Positions 46,501 to 54,802 of a stretch of DNA of 64,000 nt are shown here, piece by piece. The position numbers were made by a program, and so were the translations under genes. The DNA is from Candidatus Obscuribacterales bacterium. GTDB lineage: Bacteria; Cyanobacteriota; Vampirovibrionia; Obscuribacterales; Obscuribacteraceae. The notes under the pieces were generated by a model. That model was not told the DNA's origin. It ran no database searches and saw only the letters and a program-made list of their open reading frames with translations. Every line of letters starts with the position of its first letter. Position 1 is the first letter of the stretch. The DNA lies in the NCBI GenBank assembly GCA_038231015.1, contig JBBRMD010000014.1, forward strand, positions 31,776 to 95,775. Direction: 5' to 3'.

Positions 46501-46946
46501 TGGGCACTAATTTCAGTGTCATTGCTAGTGTCATCGCTAGTCTCGTCAGTGGCGTCTAAAAGCTCACCTTCATAGCTCTTTAGTCTTTTAGCTAGGCGCT
46601 CAACGGTTTGTTTAAGACTGTCGCTCACCTGCTTTTGCGTTTCTATTAGATCTAGGTAGCTATCTTGTCCGAGGATGTGTTCAGTGGCCTCAGCGGTCAA
46701 AATATCTTGGGCAAATTTGGCATAGAACCAGGCCACATTGAGAGATTTGATAGTTTGCAATTTATCATATTGAGCCAGCGATTTAACTGCTTCAGATATG
46801 GCCGATTCAGCGTTGATAATCGACAAATCGACTATTTCGTTTTTATGATAGACCGCTAGCGCCTGGGCGTCTTTGATTACGATGACGAATTGTTCAAGAG
46901 CGCTAATGCGCTCAATTAAGTGCTTGCTATCGTTCGCTTTTGTCAT
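46497..46946 (-). CDS. helical hypothetical protein (149 aa), acidic S/T/D C-terminal tail
   Basis: Start chosen at ATG 46946, 4 nt after the cstA stop. The track ORF start at 46991 would overlap cstA by 41 nt. Confidence 0.5.
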   Translation of the reverse strand: MTKANDSKHLIERISALEQFVIVIKDAQALAVYHKNEIVDLSIINAESAISEAVKSLAQYDKLQTIKSLNVAWFYAKFAQDILTAEATEHILGQDSYLDLIETQKQVSDSLKQTVERLAKRLKSYEGELLDATDETSDDTSNDTEISAQ

Positions 46947-46950
46947 TTTA

Positions 46951-49122
46951 TTAACAGCAGCGTAGCGGAGGGCTCGACTGGCATTCGGCAATGATACTTT
47001 CTTTGCTCAAGCGCTCATCTGAATTCACTGCGGTTTCATGATTATCTGTAGTGTTAGCGGCAGTTTGCATTGCAGCTAATTTTTGGCGATCTGGTTTTAG
47101 CCAATTTCGAACTGATTCAAAGAGAATGATCAAGACCAATACTATAAATAGACTGCCCAAGGCAGCATCAAGATAATCGTTGAAGATCAAGACTTTCGTT
47201 GTAGCAGCCTCTTCAGCCAGGACTCCCGTGACGGTTGCAAGCTTAGCTTCAAGCATATGGGCATGTGCTAAGAAGCCTAATTTGGCATCGGGGGAGAAGA
47301 TTTTTAAATAGCCGGCAGTGAAAGTAACAGTCAATAACCAGCAGAGAGGCCCGAGGGTGACCCAGGCATACGAGCGCTTGCCCATCGAAATTATGCATGA
47401 TGTAGCGACGCAGAGCGCCACCACCGACAGTAGCTGATTGCTGATGCCAAACAGTGGCCAGAGGCTATTGATACCACCGAGAGGATCGATCACACCTTGA
47501 TAGAGAAAATATCCCCAACCACCGACAACAAGAGCAGAACTGAGAGCCACGGCTGGATACCAATCAGTTTTACCTAAAGGCTTATAGAGCAAAGCGAGAA
47601 AATCTTGCAAGAGAAATCTGCCTACTCTTGTACCGGCATCGAGGCAAGTAAGAATGAACAGTGCTTCAAACATGATGGCAAAGTGATACCAGAATGAAAT
47701 GGTTACTTCTGACAAGCCCTTTACCGGTGCTGAGGCCAGTACACGAGCAAAAATCTGAGCCATCCCTACAGCCAAAGTCGGCCCGCCACCGGTGCGGCCC
47801 CAGAGGCTATCTTCGCCCATCTCTTTGGCAAGTTCTTGCATGCCACCTGGGCCGGTGTCACTCACGGCATAGCCCCATGAACTAATTGTGGCGGCGGCTG
47901 CCACATGGTCGGTGCCGACCACTCCTTTAGGAGAATTTATGGCAAAGTAAGTGCCAGGTGCTAAAACACAGGCAGATATTATTGCCATGATCGCCACCGC
48001 TGCTTCGCATAACATGCTGGCATAACCAATTGGCCGAGCATGTGTTTCTTTTGAGATCATCTTTGGTGTGGTGCCAGATGAAACCAATGAATGGAAGCCC
48101 GAGATGGCGCCGCAGGCTATTGTAATAAAGCAAAAGGGAAATATATTACCTTTGAACAGTGGCCCTTGGCCGTCAATAAATATCGTGAGTGGAGGCATTT
48201 CTAGATCTGGTCTCAATATCAAAATGCCAATTGCCAACAGGCTGATTACGCCAATTTTAAGAAAAGCGGAAAGATAATCGCGTGGTGCCAGTAAAATCCA
48301 AACCGGTAAAACTGAGGCAACAAAGCCGTAGATCATCACACTAATTGCAAGCTGTGTGCCGCTCAGGGTGAAGATTGGTGCCCAAGTTGGATCTTGACCG
48401 ACCCACTTACCTGCCACCACTGCCAGTATAGTCAGTATTACTCCGATGGTTGAGCCTTCCATAATTTTGTGAGGACGCAGCACTTTCATATAGATGCCGA
48501 TTAGCATGGCTATTGGCACAGTCATTAGCAATGTAAATGCGCCCCACGGGCTACCCTTGAGAGCATTGACGATTACTAAGGCAAGCACTGCCATCAATAT
48601 CATCATGATCAATAGAATGGCAATCAATGCCACTGTTCCGGCTAGGGGACTAATCTCGTCGCGGGCCATTTGGCCAAGCGATTTGCCGCCGCGGCGCATA
48701 GAGGCGGCGAGAATAACAAAGTCTTGTACGGCGCCGGCTAATACTGCTCCAACGATAATCCAGATTGTGCCGGGCAGAAAACCAAACTGCGAAGCGAGAA
48801 TGGGGCCGACTAAAGGTCCAGCGCCAGCAATAGCAGCAAAGTGGTGGCCGAATAATACCCACTTGTGAGTCGGTACATAGTCTTTGCCGTCGTCGACTAT
48901 AGTGGCTGGTGTCTCGTGAATATCTTGCAGAGCAAATACTTTGTCGGCCAGAAACTTGCTATAGAAGCGATAGGCTGTAGCAAAGGTGCAAGAGCTCGCC
49001 AAAATTAGCCAGACAGCATTGACTTTCTCTCCCCTGGAGGCAGCCATGGTGTAGAGCGAAAACAAAGCAATTAAAGCGATTGGCACCCATATTGCCAGGC
49101 CCTTTAGTTTAGATGCGCTCAT
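46951..49122 (-). CDS. cstA: carbon starvation protein A (peptide/pyruvate transporter family)
   Basis: [42 protein letters not shown]... and a multi-TM architecture typical of CstA. Confidence 0.9.
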   Translation of the reverse strand: MSASKLKGLAIWVPIALIALFSLYTMAASRGEKVNAVWLILASSCTFATAYRFYSKFLADKVFALQDIHETPATIVDDGKDYVPTHKWVLFGHHFAAIAGAGPLVGPILASQFGFLPGTIWIIVGAVLAGAVQDFVILAASMRRGGKSLGQMARDEISPLAGTVALIAILLIMMILMAVLALVIVNALKGSPWGAFTLLMTVPIAMLIGIYMKVLRPHKIMEGSTIGVILTILAVVAGKWVGQDPTWAPIFTLSGTQLAISVMIYGFVASVLPVWILLAPRDYLSAFLKIGVISLLAIGILILRPDLEMPPLTIFIDGQGPLFKGNIFPFCFITIACGAISGFHSLVSSGTTPKMISKETHARPIGYASMLCEAAVAIMAIISACVLAPGTYFAINSPKGVVGTDHVAAAATISSWGYAVSDTGPGGMQELAKEMGEDSLWGRTGGGPTLAVGMAQIFARVLASAPVKGLSEVTISFWYHFAIMFEALFILTCLDAGTRVGRFLLQDFLALLYKPLGKTDWYPAVALSSALVVGGWGYFLYQGVIDPLGGINSLWPLFGISNQLLSVVALCVATSCIISMGKRSYAWVTLGPLCWLLTVTFTAGYLKIFSPDAKLGFLAHAHMLEAKLATVTGVLAEEAATTKVLIFNDYLDAALGSLFIVLVLIILFESVRNWLKPDRQKLAAMQTAANTTDNHETAVNSDERLSKESIIAECQSSPPLRCC

Positions 49123-49150
49123 CGTGGTTCCTTTTAATTCTATATATTGA

Positions 49151-50473
49151 TTATGTTAGCAAGCCAGCCAGGGTGGCTGAAAGGTAAGAGGCGAGTGTGC
49201 CGCAGATCAATGCCTTCACCCCAAGGCGAGCGAGGTCTTCGCGGCGACTAGGGGCTATTTCTCCGATGCCTCCAATTTGAATAGCAATCGAAGAGAAATT
49301 GGCAAAGCCGCAAAGGGCAAATGTGGCAATGGTTTCCGCCTGAGTTGAAAGGGTGTTAGCCGGGTCTTTAAGCATGTTAGACAAATCGGTGTAGGCGACA
49401 AATTCGTTGATAACAAGCTTTTCTCCCATCAGTCGGCCTACCGTATGAGCGTCTACCCACGGTACACCGAGCACGAATGCAACTGGAGCAAACAAGGCGC
49501 CAAAAATACTTTTCAATTCAAGGTGAGCGAGGTCAATGCCGATACCGTCCAGCCTCATGCCCCAAATATAAAGCCAATTGCCGGCCCAGCCAATAACTGA
49601 GTCGCAAAGGGCGATTAGGGCAATGAAGGCAATCAACATACCAACAACATTAAGGCCAATGCGCAAGCCTTCAGAGGCACCATGGGCGGCGGCATCAATA
49701 ATATTGGCTTGGGTCTTCTTAACTTCTACTTTTACTTCGCCCTTGGTATCCGATACTTCGGTTTCGGGCCAGACAATTTTGGCAATCACAAGTGCGCCTG
49801 GAGCAGCCATGATACTGGCTGTAAGAAGATAAGAGGCCTTGATGCCTAGACCAATATATACAGCTAAAACACCACCGGCGACGCAGGCCATTGAACCGGC
49901 CATCGATGCCAATAACTCAGACATTGTCATGGTTGGTACATAGGGTTTAATTAGCAGTTGCGCTTCGACTTGGCCGACAAAAACTGAGCCAGCATTAGAG
50001 AGTGCTTCAGCACCACTAGCACCCATTGTCACTGAAACTACTTTGGCCACAATTTGCACAAATTTTTGCATGATGCCAAGAAAATAAGAGATGCTCACCA
50101 AGCTGGAGACGAAAATAATGGTGGGTACCACACGAAAGGCAAAAATGTAGTCGGATCCGGGGCCAAAGACCTTTACTAGATTTTCGGGATTTTGCACCAG
50201 CGGGCCGAAAACGAACCCAGCGCCTTTATCAGAGAAGTGCAGCAGTTGGGTAATGGCATCGCCCAAATTGCGAAAGAGCATTTGGCCAAACTCGACCTTC
50301 AAAACAAAAATTGCCAGAAGCAGCTGTAAAATCAAACCCGAAATTACCAAGCGGTAATTGATTTTTGAGCGGTTGTTTGACATCAAATAGGCTGTGCCTA
50401 AAATAAGCACAAAGCCGACCAGTCCCATTGCTTTGGAGGTCATGCTCACATCCCGCGTTGTACATGGCTGCAT
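49151..50473 (-). CDS. NupC/NupG-family concentrative nucleoside transporter
   Basis: GAGFVFGPL...[26 protein letters not shown]... and a C-terminal CNT core. An alternative start at 50443 (MTSKAMG...) is possible. Confidence 0.85.
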   Translation of the reverse strand: MQPCTTRDVSMTSKAMGLVGFVLILGTAYLMSNNRSKINYRLVISGLILQLLLAIFVLKVEFGQMLFRNLGDAITQLLHFSDKGAGFVFGPLVQNPENLVKVFGPGSDYIFAFRVVPTIIFVSSLVSISYFLGIMQKFVQIVAKVVSVTMGASGAEALSNAGSVFVGQVEAQLLIKPYVPTMTMSELLASMAGSMACVAGGVLAVYIGLGIKASYLLTASIMAAPGALVIAKIVWPETEVSDTKGEVKVEVKKTQANIIDAAAHGASEGLRIGLNVVGMLIAFIALIALCDSVIGWAGNWLYIWGMRLDGIGIDLAHLELKSIFGALFAPVAFVLGVPWVDAHTVGRLMGEKLVINEFVAYTDLSNMLKDPANTLSTQAETIATFALCGFANFSSIAIQIGGIGEIAPSRREDLARLGVKALICGTLASYLSATLAGLLT

Positions 50474-50533
50474 TAATCCACGCCACTATAACGCACGAGC
50501 GGCCGCTAGGTCGTCGAATCTTAGAAAATTTTT

Positions 50534-51352
50534 CTAGGCTTGCAGAGGCGGTTTGACTTCAACTGGTCGGCCAATTATTTGGCCTTGAGTTTTATTGAGC
50601 TGCTCACGGGCTTCTTGCTTAAGTAAAACAGCCGCCGACGTATCACCTTGAAGCGCTTTGACATCGGCTAAAACAAAACGAGCCATGGCTTGTTCTGCTG
50701 CTGCTTTGAGCAATGGTTCTTGCGCCTTGTTCAAGCCTTCTTTGGCTGTATTCATTACACCTTCAGCTTGTTTTGCTGCATCAAAGCTCTTCAGAACATC
50801 GGGATACTGGCCAACTTCTTTACGCAATTCAGCAGCCAGACTTGGGCTTAGAGTATCGCGCTGCATGAGGTTGATCATGGTAGAGACTTCGGCCTGCTTT
50901 TCTTGAGGCAATTCTTTGATGTTGGCATTGAGTGACTGCACTACGCCCATAAAATTAGAGCTCTTGAACGAAACATCCATGCGCGCGAGGTTGACTTTAC
51001 CCCAGTTTTCTTTGAAAGCATCATTGAAGTCACTATCGGTCTGTTTGACTGCTGCCTCAAACTTTGGCTGGTAGCTGGCCGCCGCACCCTTTATATCTTT
51101 TTCGCCTTCTAAAGCTACTGCTGCTTCCCTGGCCTGCTGCATGCCATGGCCTAATTGTTCAGGCTTGATTTTGATCAAACAGGTTAGAGAGTCATCTTTA
51201 GCGGCTTGGGAACTTTCGGCTTTGGCTTCTATCTTCTCTGATTGAGTGCCAGCTAGGCGAAGGTCTTGTACCTCTTTATGCAGTGCGGCAAAAGAGTTTG
51301 ATGGTTCTACCAATTCTTGTGCTGAACGGTCAGATTCTGCCCTTTGAGCCAT
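50534..51352 (-). CDS. hypothetical A/K/E/Q-rich helical protein
   Basis: Long ORF with coding-like composition. No domain recognised. Confidence 0.45.
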   Translation of the reverse strand: MAQRAESDRSAQELVEPSNSFAALHKEVQDLRLAGTQSEKIEAKAESSQAAKDDSLTCLIKIKPEQLGHGMQQAREAAVALEGEKDIKGAAASYQPKFEAAVKQTDSDFNDAFKENWGKVNLARMDVSFKSSNFMGVVQSLNANIKELPQEKQAEVSTMINLMQRDTLSPSLAAELRKEVGQYPDVLKSFDAAKQAEGVMNTAKEGLNKAQEPLLKAAAEQAMARFVLADVKALQGDTSAAVLLKQEAREQLNKTQGQIIGRPVEVKPPLQA

Positions 51353-51557
51353 GGTCTAAGTGCCTCGTTGACAAAGCTATTGCGACTTGCCAAGAGTACT
51401 GCTTATTTAAGATGGAGGGAAGGGGAGAATTCCCCTTTTAAATGGTGGAAATTAGTTTGAGCGACCAAGGGGGTAGGCCGAAGCGGCAGCGTCAGAAATG
51501 CAGCGGTAACAGGTCGAAACCCTTAAGGCAACCAACCCAGATCAGAGCGATGGCTCT

Positions 51558-53042
51558 GTGGCCCCGTTTGAGATCAGTCCCAAGTATACTTGTGAAATGA
51601 ATTGGTCGCGAATTCCAATATTTAGTATTTCAATAATGGCTGTAGTAGTTTTTCTTCTGTTGCCTTTTTTGACCATGGAATTTCTAAATATCAAATTGAA
51701 GCACAATCATGTTGTACCTAGCGCAGAAGCTGGAGACTTGGTTATTGTCGAATCAGGTCTGCCATCTCGGCCTCAGCAATCTGCCGCCGAATTGAAAGCG
51801 CGATTTTTAGAACAGAAACTTATTGACAGGTCTAATCAAAAGATTCTACTAGAAGAGAATGCCCAGAGGCTCAAGCAGATATTGAAAGAAAGTGAGACCT
51901 CTTTTGTAGAAATCAAACAGCGAAAGTCGGTTGATCCGATTTCGTTTATTAAAGAGGCCTCAGAGCGTGGCAGCATGTATTTACAGATAGGTGATAAGCA
52001 GACGGCCTATCATTTATACAAAGAGGCCGTACAATCTTTGAGAGGCACTGGGTCTGCCATTGACACAGCACAGTTTGAAGATCCATTGTGGCAATTTCTT
52101 TTGGAGTATCTTAAGACTGTTGAATCGAAAGAGGCAGAAAGAGATGCTATCGACCGTTTACTGAATGCTTCAGATAGAAAACAATCGATTCCTTATATTG
52201 GCGGTTCATTTCGAATTGCAGACTATTTTAAAACTGTCGGTCGCCAACAAGAGGCTGTAGACTTCTTAATTAGGATAGTTGGATTGGTGCTTAAAAACCG
52301 CCCGGAAGACGTGGATTCATTAACGGCTACTAGCATAGAGCTTGAATGTATAAGTGTAGGACTGAAACAGCAGGGGCAGCTGGAAAAAGTAGATCGTGAA
52401 ATTTTGGCGGCAACAGAAAAGTATCATCCTAATCAGGGTGCTTCTGTCATTGATCCGCTGGCGCGTTTGAGTGCATTCTGCATCAAGAACAACCAGCAAA
52501 AAGAAGGTGATCTCTTGGCTGAAAAAGCCTTGATACTTGCCAAAGAAGATACGGTCACGTGCCTTTTAGATAAATTGGCAGTAATTGCAGACTCTTACAC
52601 AGGTTCAGGCAAATTAGATAAGGCCGAGCACCTTCTGAGAGAAGCCGCCGAAATAAAATCTAAGCACTTCAAGACTGTCGAGCTGAGCTATTTAAACAAT
52701 TCATATCGTGAGTTGAAGGCCAAGTTTGAAGAGCGCGGTCAATGGACTTCTGCAGAATCACTGTTAGAGCAATTCAAGCTTGCGCAAGTACCAGGTAAGT
52801 ACGGCGAGATGTGCGTGTTGCAGGATCTCTTTTTTGGTAATTTGGACGAAGCTGGCCGCCTTCAAAGCCTTGTTAAAGGCACCGAAGCACAAAATTCTCT
52901 GAAGAAGGCTGATGACGCCTACCTTAAGGTCAAAGAGTATTTCGCAAAGGAGCAGCAGGCGTCTGCCGTGCAAGACTGGTTTAAGACGCGACAAAATCGC
53001 CTAAAGACACTCGGATTGAACGACAATCTTAACGGTCAATAA
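51558..53042 (+). CDS. membrane-anchored helical-repeat (TPR-like) hypothetical protein
   Basis: TM (IPIFSISIMAVVVFLLLPFL), then helical repeats. The start may be GTG 51558 or ATG 51598. Confidence 0.5.
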   Translation: MAPFEISPKYTCEMNWSRIPIFSISIMAVVVFLLLPFLTMEFLNIKLKHNHVVPSAEAGDLVIVESGLPSRPQQSAAELKARFLEQKLIDRSNQKILLEENAQRLKQILKESETSFVEIKQRKSVDPISFIKEASERGSMYLQIGDKQTAYHLYKEAVQSLRGTGSAIDTAQFEDPLWQFLLEYLKTVESKEAERDAIDRLLNASDRKQSIPYIGGSFRIADYFKTVGRQQEAVDFLIRIVGLVLKNRPEDVDSLTATSIELECISVGLKQQGQLEKVDREILAATEKYHPNQGASVIDPLARLSAFCIKNNQQKEGDLLAEKALILAKEDTVTCLLDKLAVIADSYTGSGKLDKAEHLLREAAEIKSKHFKTVELSYLNNSYRELKAKFEERGQWTSAESLLEQFKLAQVPGKYGEMCVLQDLFFGNLDEAGRLQSLVKGTEAQNSLKKADDAYLKVKEYFAKEQQASAVQDWFKTRQNRLKTLGLNDNLNGQ

Positions 53043-53159
53043 GTGAATCATATTATTCAGTAATCTTATCGACTGTCTCTGCGTCAATTGGAGGCCACTA
53101 TCATGTATCTTTGCCAAAGCCCTCGGCTTGGTTAAATGTAACCAAAACAAGAATTACTG

Positions 53160-53188
53160 TTGACATAGTCTGAGCTGACCTGTAATGT
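53160..53188 (+). promoter_or_regulatory. sigma70-like promoter for the argC leader (TTGACA, 17 nt, TAATGT)
   Basis: A perfect -35 hexamer at 53160-53165, a 17-nt spacer, and a -10 hexamer TAATGT at 53183-53188. It lies 118 nt downstream of the previous gene stop. Confidence 0.55.
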
Positions 53189-53218
53189 CGGTAATAGCTA
53201 AAAGGTGCTCCAACCAAC

Positions 53219-53290
53219 ATGACCTTGTTCAATATCAGCTCTAACAGCCGACGCCGCGAATTCTTTGAGAACTCGGGGCAGATAACGTAG
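53219..53290 (+). CDS. candidate arginine leader peptide (23 aa, MTLFNISSNSRRREFFENSGQIT)
   Basis: ATG preceded by AAGGTG. Three consecutive Arg codons CGA-CGC-CGC at 53249-53257. The stop at 53288-53290 lies 3 nt past the 5' strand of the antiterminator. Confidence 0.55.
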   Translation: MTLFNISSNSRRREFFENSGQIT

Positions 53291-53332
53291 CTGATTTTTA
53301 GCACTATTATCGTAATTGTCTCCCCGGGTTTT
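53268..53332 (+). promoter_or_regulatory. candidate antiterminator helix competing with the argC-leader terminator
   Basis: AGAACTCGGGGCAGATAA (53268-53285) pairs with TTGTCTCCCCGGGTTTT (53316-53332). By hand this gives 13 Watson-Crick pairs, 3 G-U pairs and 1 bulged C. It fully sequesters the terminator 5' arm (53321-53328). Confidence 0.5.
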
Positions 53333-53352
53333 ATTACCCGGGGATTTTTTTT
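53321..53352 (+). terminator. intrinsic terminator 12 nt upstream of the argC ATG (attenuator terminator)
   Basis: TCCCCGGG (53321-28) pairs with CCCGGGGA (53337-44), a perfect 8 bp with an 8-nt loop, followed by T8 (53345-53352). Confidence 0.75.
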
Positions 53353-53364
53353 AGGGAAATTATC

Positions 53365-54498
53365 ATGGCAGCGCAAATTGAACAATTGAAGGCAGGGGCA
53401 AGTTCTAGCAATAAAGAGGCAAAGACTTCCGAAAAGATTGCAATAAAGAAAGTAGCTGTGGTCGGCGCTACTGGCTACACCGGGCAAGAGTTGGTGCGTC
53501 TATTGCTGCAGCATGACATGGCCGAGATACACTCAGCGGTATCTCAGAGCAGCGACGGAAAGAAATTCGCTTCAGTTTATCCAGGTCTGCAAAAGCACAC
53601 CGATCTTGTTTGCACGAGCGAAGATTTAGAGTCGCTCGCAGAGCAAGTCGATTTACTGTTTCTCGCTTTGCCTCACGGTAATGCTGCCGGTAAAGTGACT
53701 AAGAGCATTCTGGCAAAGTGTAAGGTGATCGATTTAGGTGCTGATTTTCGCTTGAAGTCAGCGGCCGACTATGAAACCTGGTACAAATTCAAGCACCCGC
53801 AGCCAGAACTGCTCAACCAAGCCGTCTACGGCTTACCTGAGCTCAATCGTAAGGCTATAAGCCAGGCTAGCCTTGTTGCTAATCCGGGATGTTATGCCAC
53901 TTGCTCGATACTGACGTTGGCACCACTTTTAGAGGCCGGCATAATAGATCCGACTACTATTATCATAGACGCTAAGTCAGGTATCTCAGGTGCCGGAAGG
54001 GCCGCAAACTTAGGAACGCATTTTAATGAATGTAATGAGTCTATAAAAGCCTACGGGGTGGCCTGCCACAGGCATACTCCAGAGATAGAAGAACAGCTTG
54101 CCGCTTTCAGTAAAACTTCTTTTTGTACATCGTTTACACCGCATTTGGTGCCAATGAATCGTGGCATTCTTGTCACTGCTTACGCATCGCTTATAAGTAA
54201 TATATCAAAACAAGAGCTATATAATTTATATAGTAAATTCTATGAAAATGAGCCATTCATCAGGCTTTTCTCTCCTGACGACGACGGATATACAATGCCT
54301 GAAACACGCTTTGTCAAAGGAGCAAACTTCTGCGATATCGGTATGGCAGTTGATGAGAGAAGCAATCGTGTGATTGCCATCGGTGCTTTAGATAACCTGG
54401 TGAAAGGCGCAGCCGGACAAGCTATACAAAACATGAATCTCCTCTTCGGTTGGCCTGAAACTAGCGGCTTAAAACAATCAGCAATTTTTCCGGCTTGA
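53365..54498 (+). CDS. argC: N-acetyl-gamma-glutamyl-phosphate reductase
   Basis: KVAVVGATGYTGQELVRLL Rossmann start and the active-site region ANPGCYATC. It has an approximately 28-aa N-terminal extension relative to the usual start of this family. SD AGGGA lies upstream. Confidence 0.9.
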   Translation: MAAQIEQLKAGASSSNKEAKTSEKIAIKKVAVVGATGYTGQELVRLLLQHDMAEIHSAVSQSSDGKKFASVYPGLQKHTDLVCTSEDLESLAEQVDLLFLALPHGNAAGKVTKSILAKCKVIDLGADFRLKSAADYETWYKFKHPQPELLNQAVYGLPELNRKAISQASLVANPGCYATCSILTLAPLLEAGIIDPTTIIIDAKSGISGAGRAANLGTHFNECNESIKAYGVACHRHTPEIEEQLAAFSKTSFCTSFTPHLVPMNRGILVTAYASLISNISKQELYNLYSKFYENEPFIRLFSPDDDGYTMPETRFVKGANFCDIGMAVDERSNRVIAIGALDNLVKGAAGQAIQNMNLLFGWPETSGLKQSAIFPA

Positions 54499-54515
54499 TA
54501 TTTTTTCAAAATTTG

Positions 54516-54544
54516 TTGACATTGGTGCGAAACGATCGTAACCT
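54516..54544 (+). promoter_or_regulatory. sigma70-like promoter for the argJ leader (TTGACA, 17 nt, TAACCT)
   Basis: A perfect -35 at 54516-54521, a 17-nt spacer, and a TAnnnT-type -10 at 54539-54544. It lies 18 nt after the argC stop. Confidence 0.45.
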
Positions 54545-54571
54545 TTCCCAAAGTTAGTGAGGCAATTTTCA

Positions 54572-54697
54572 ATGTTCGGTTCCAGCAACAATAACCATGT
54601 AAGTATCCACGTAAGCAGCTCTGTAAGCGGCCCGGTAAGTAACCGAAGTGACTTGCGACGCCGCCTAGCGCGCTCGGGCTTTATTTGGTTGTGTTGA
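54572..54697 (+). CDS. candidate arginine leader peptide 2 (41 aa, ...SNRSDLRRRLARSGFIWLC)
   Basis: ATG preceded by GTGAGG. It carries the same CGA-CGC-CGC triplet run (54656-54664) plus two further Arg codons nearby. It is followed by a terminator. Confidence 0.45.
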   Translation: MFGSSNNNHVSIHVSSSVSGPVSNRSDLRRRLARSGFIWLC

Positions 54698-54719
54698 TTT
54701 GATCAACAACTAAATTTTT

Positions 54720-54758
54720 ATCCCTGAGTGCAAGGCAAGCATTCAGGGATTTTTTTTT
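54720..54758 (+). terminator. intrinsic terminator between argC and argJ (attenuator terminator and/or argC terminator)
   Basis: ATCCCTGA (54720-27) pairs with TCAGGGAT (54743-50), a perfect 8 bp, extendable by GTGC/GCAT. It is followed by T8 (54751-54758), a run of nine T counting the last stem base. Confidence 0.75.
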
Positions 54759-54802
54759 GCACGTTTTTGCCCATTGATACAGAATAATCGGGAGACACCA
54801 AG

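Noticed and set aside
51411-51445. The hairpin AAGGGGA-GAAT-TCCCCTT followed by TTAAA, in the divergent intergenic region before the 51558 gene. I considered it as a terminator, a riboswitch or a 5'-UTR element.
   Set aside because: The stem is only 7 bp and the T-run is largely consumed by the stem. I could not match any recognisable riboswitch core in 51353-51557, and it is not downstream of any gene. I note it only as a possible operator or UTR structure.
53101-53487. A 128-aa minus-strand ORF covering the argC leader region and the argC start.
   Set aside because: It overlaps a well-supported argC start, promoter, leader ORF and terminator on the other strand. It has no recognisable features and an odd composition, so it is probably spurious.
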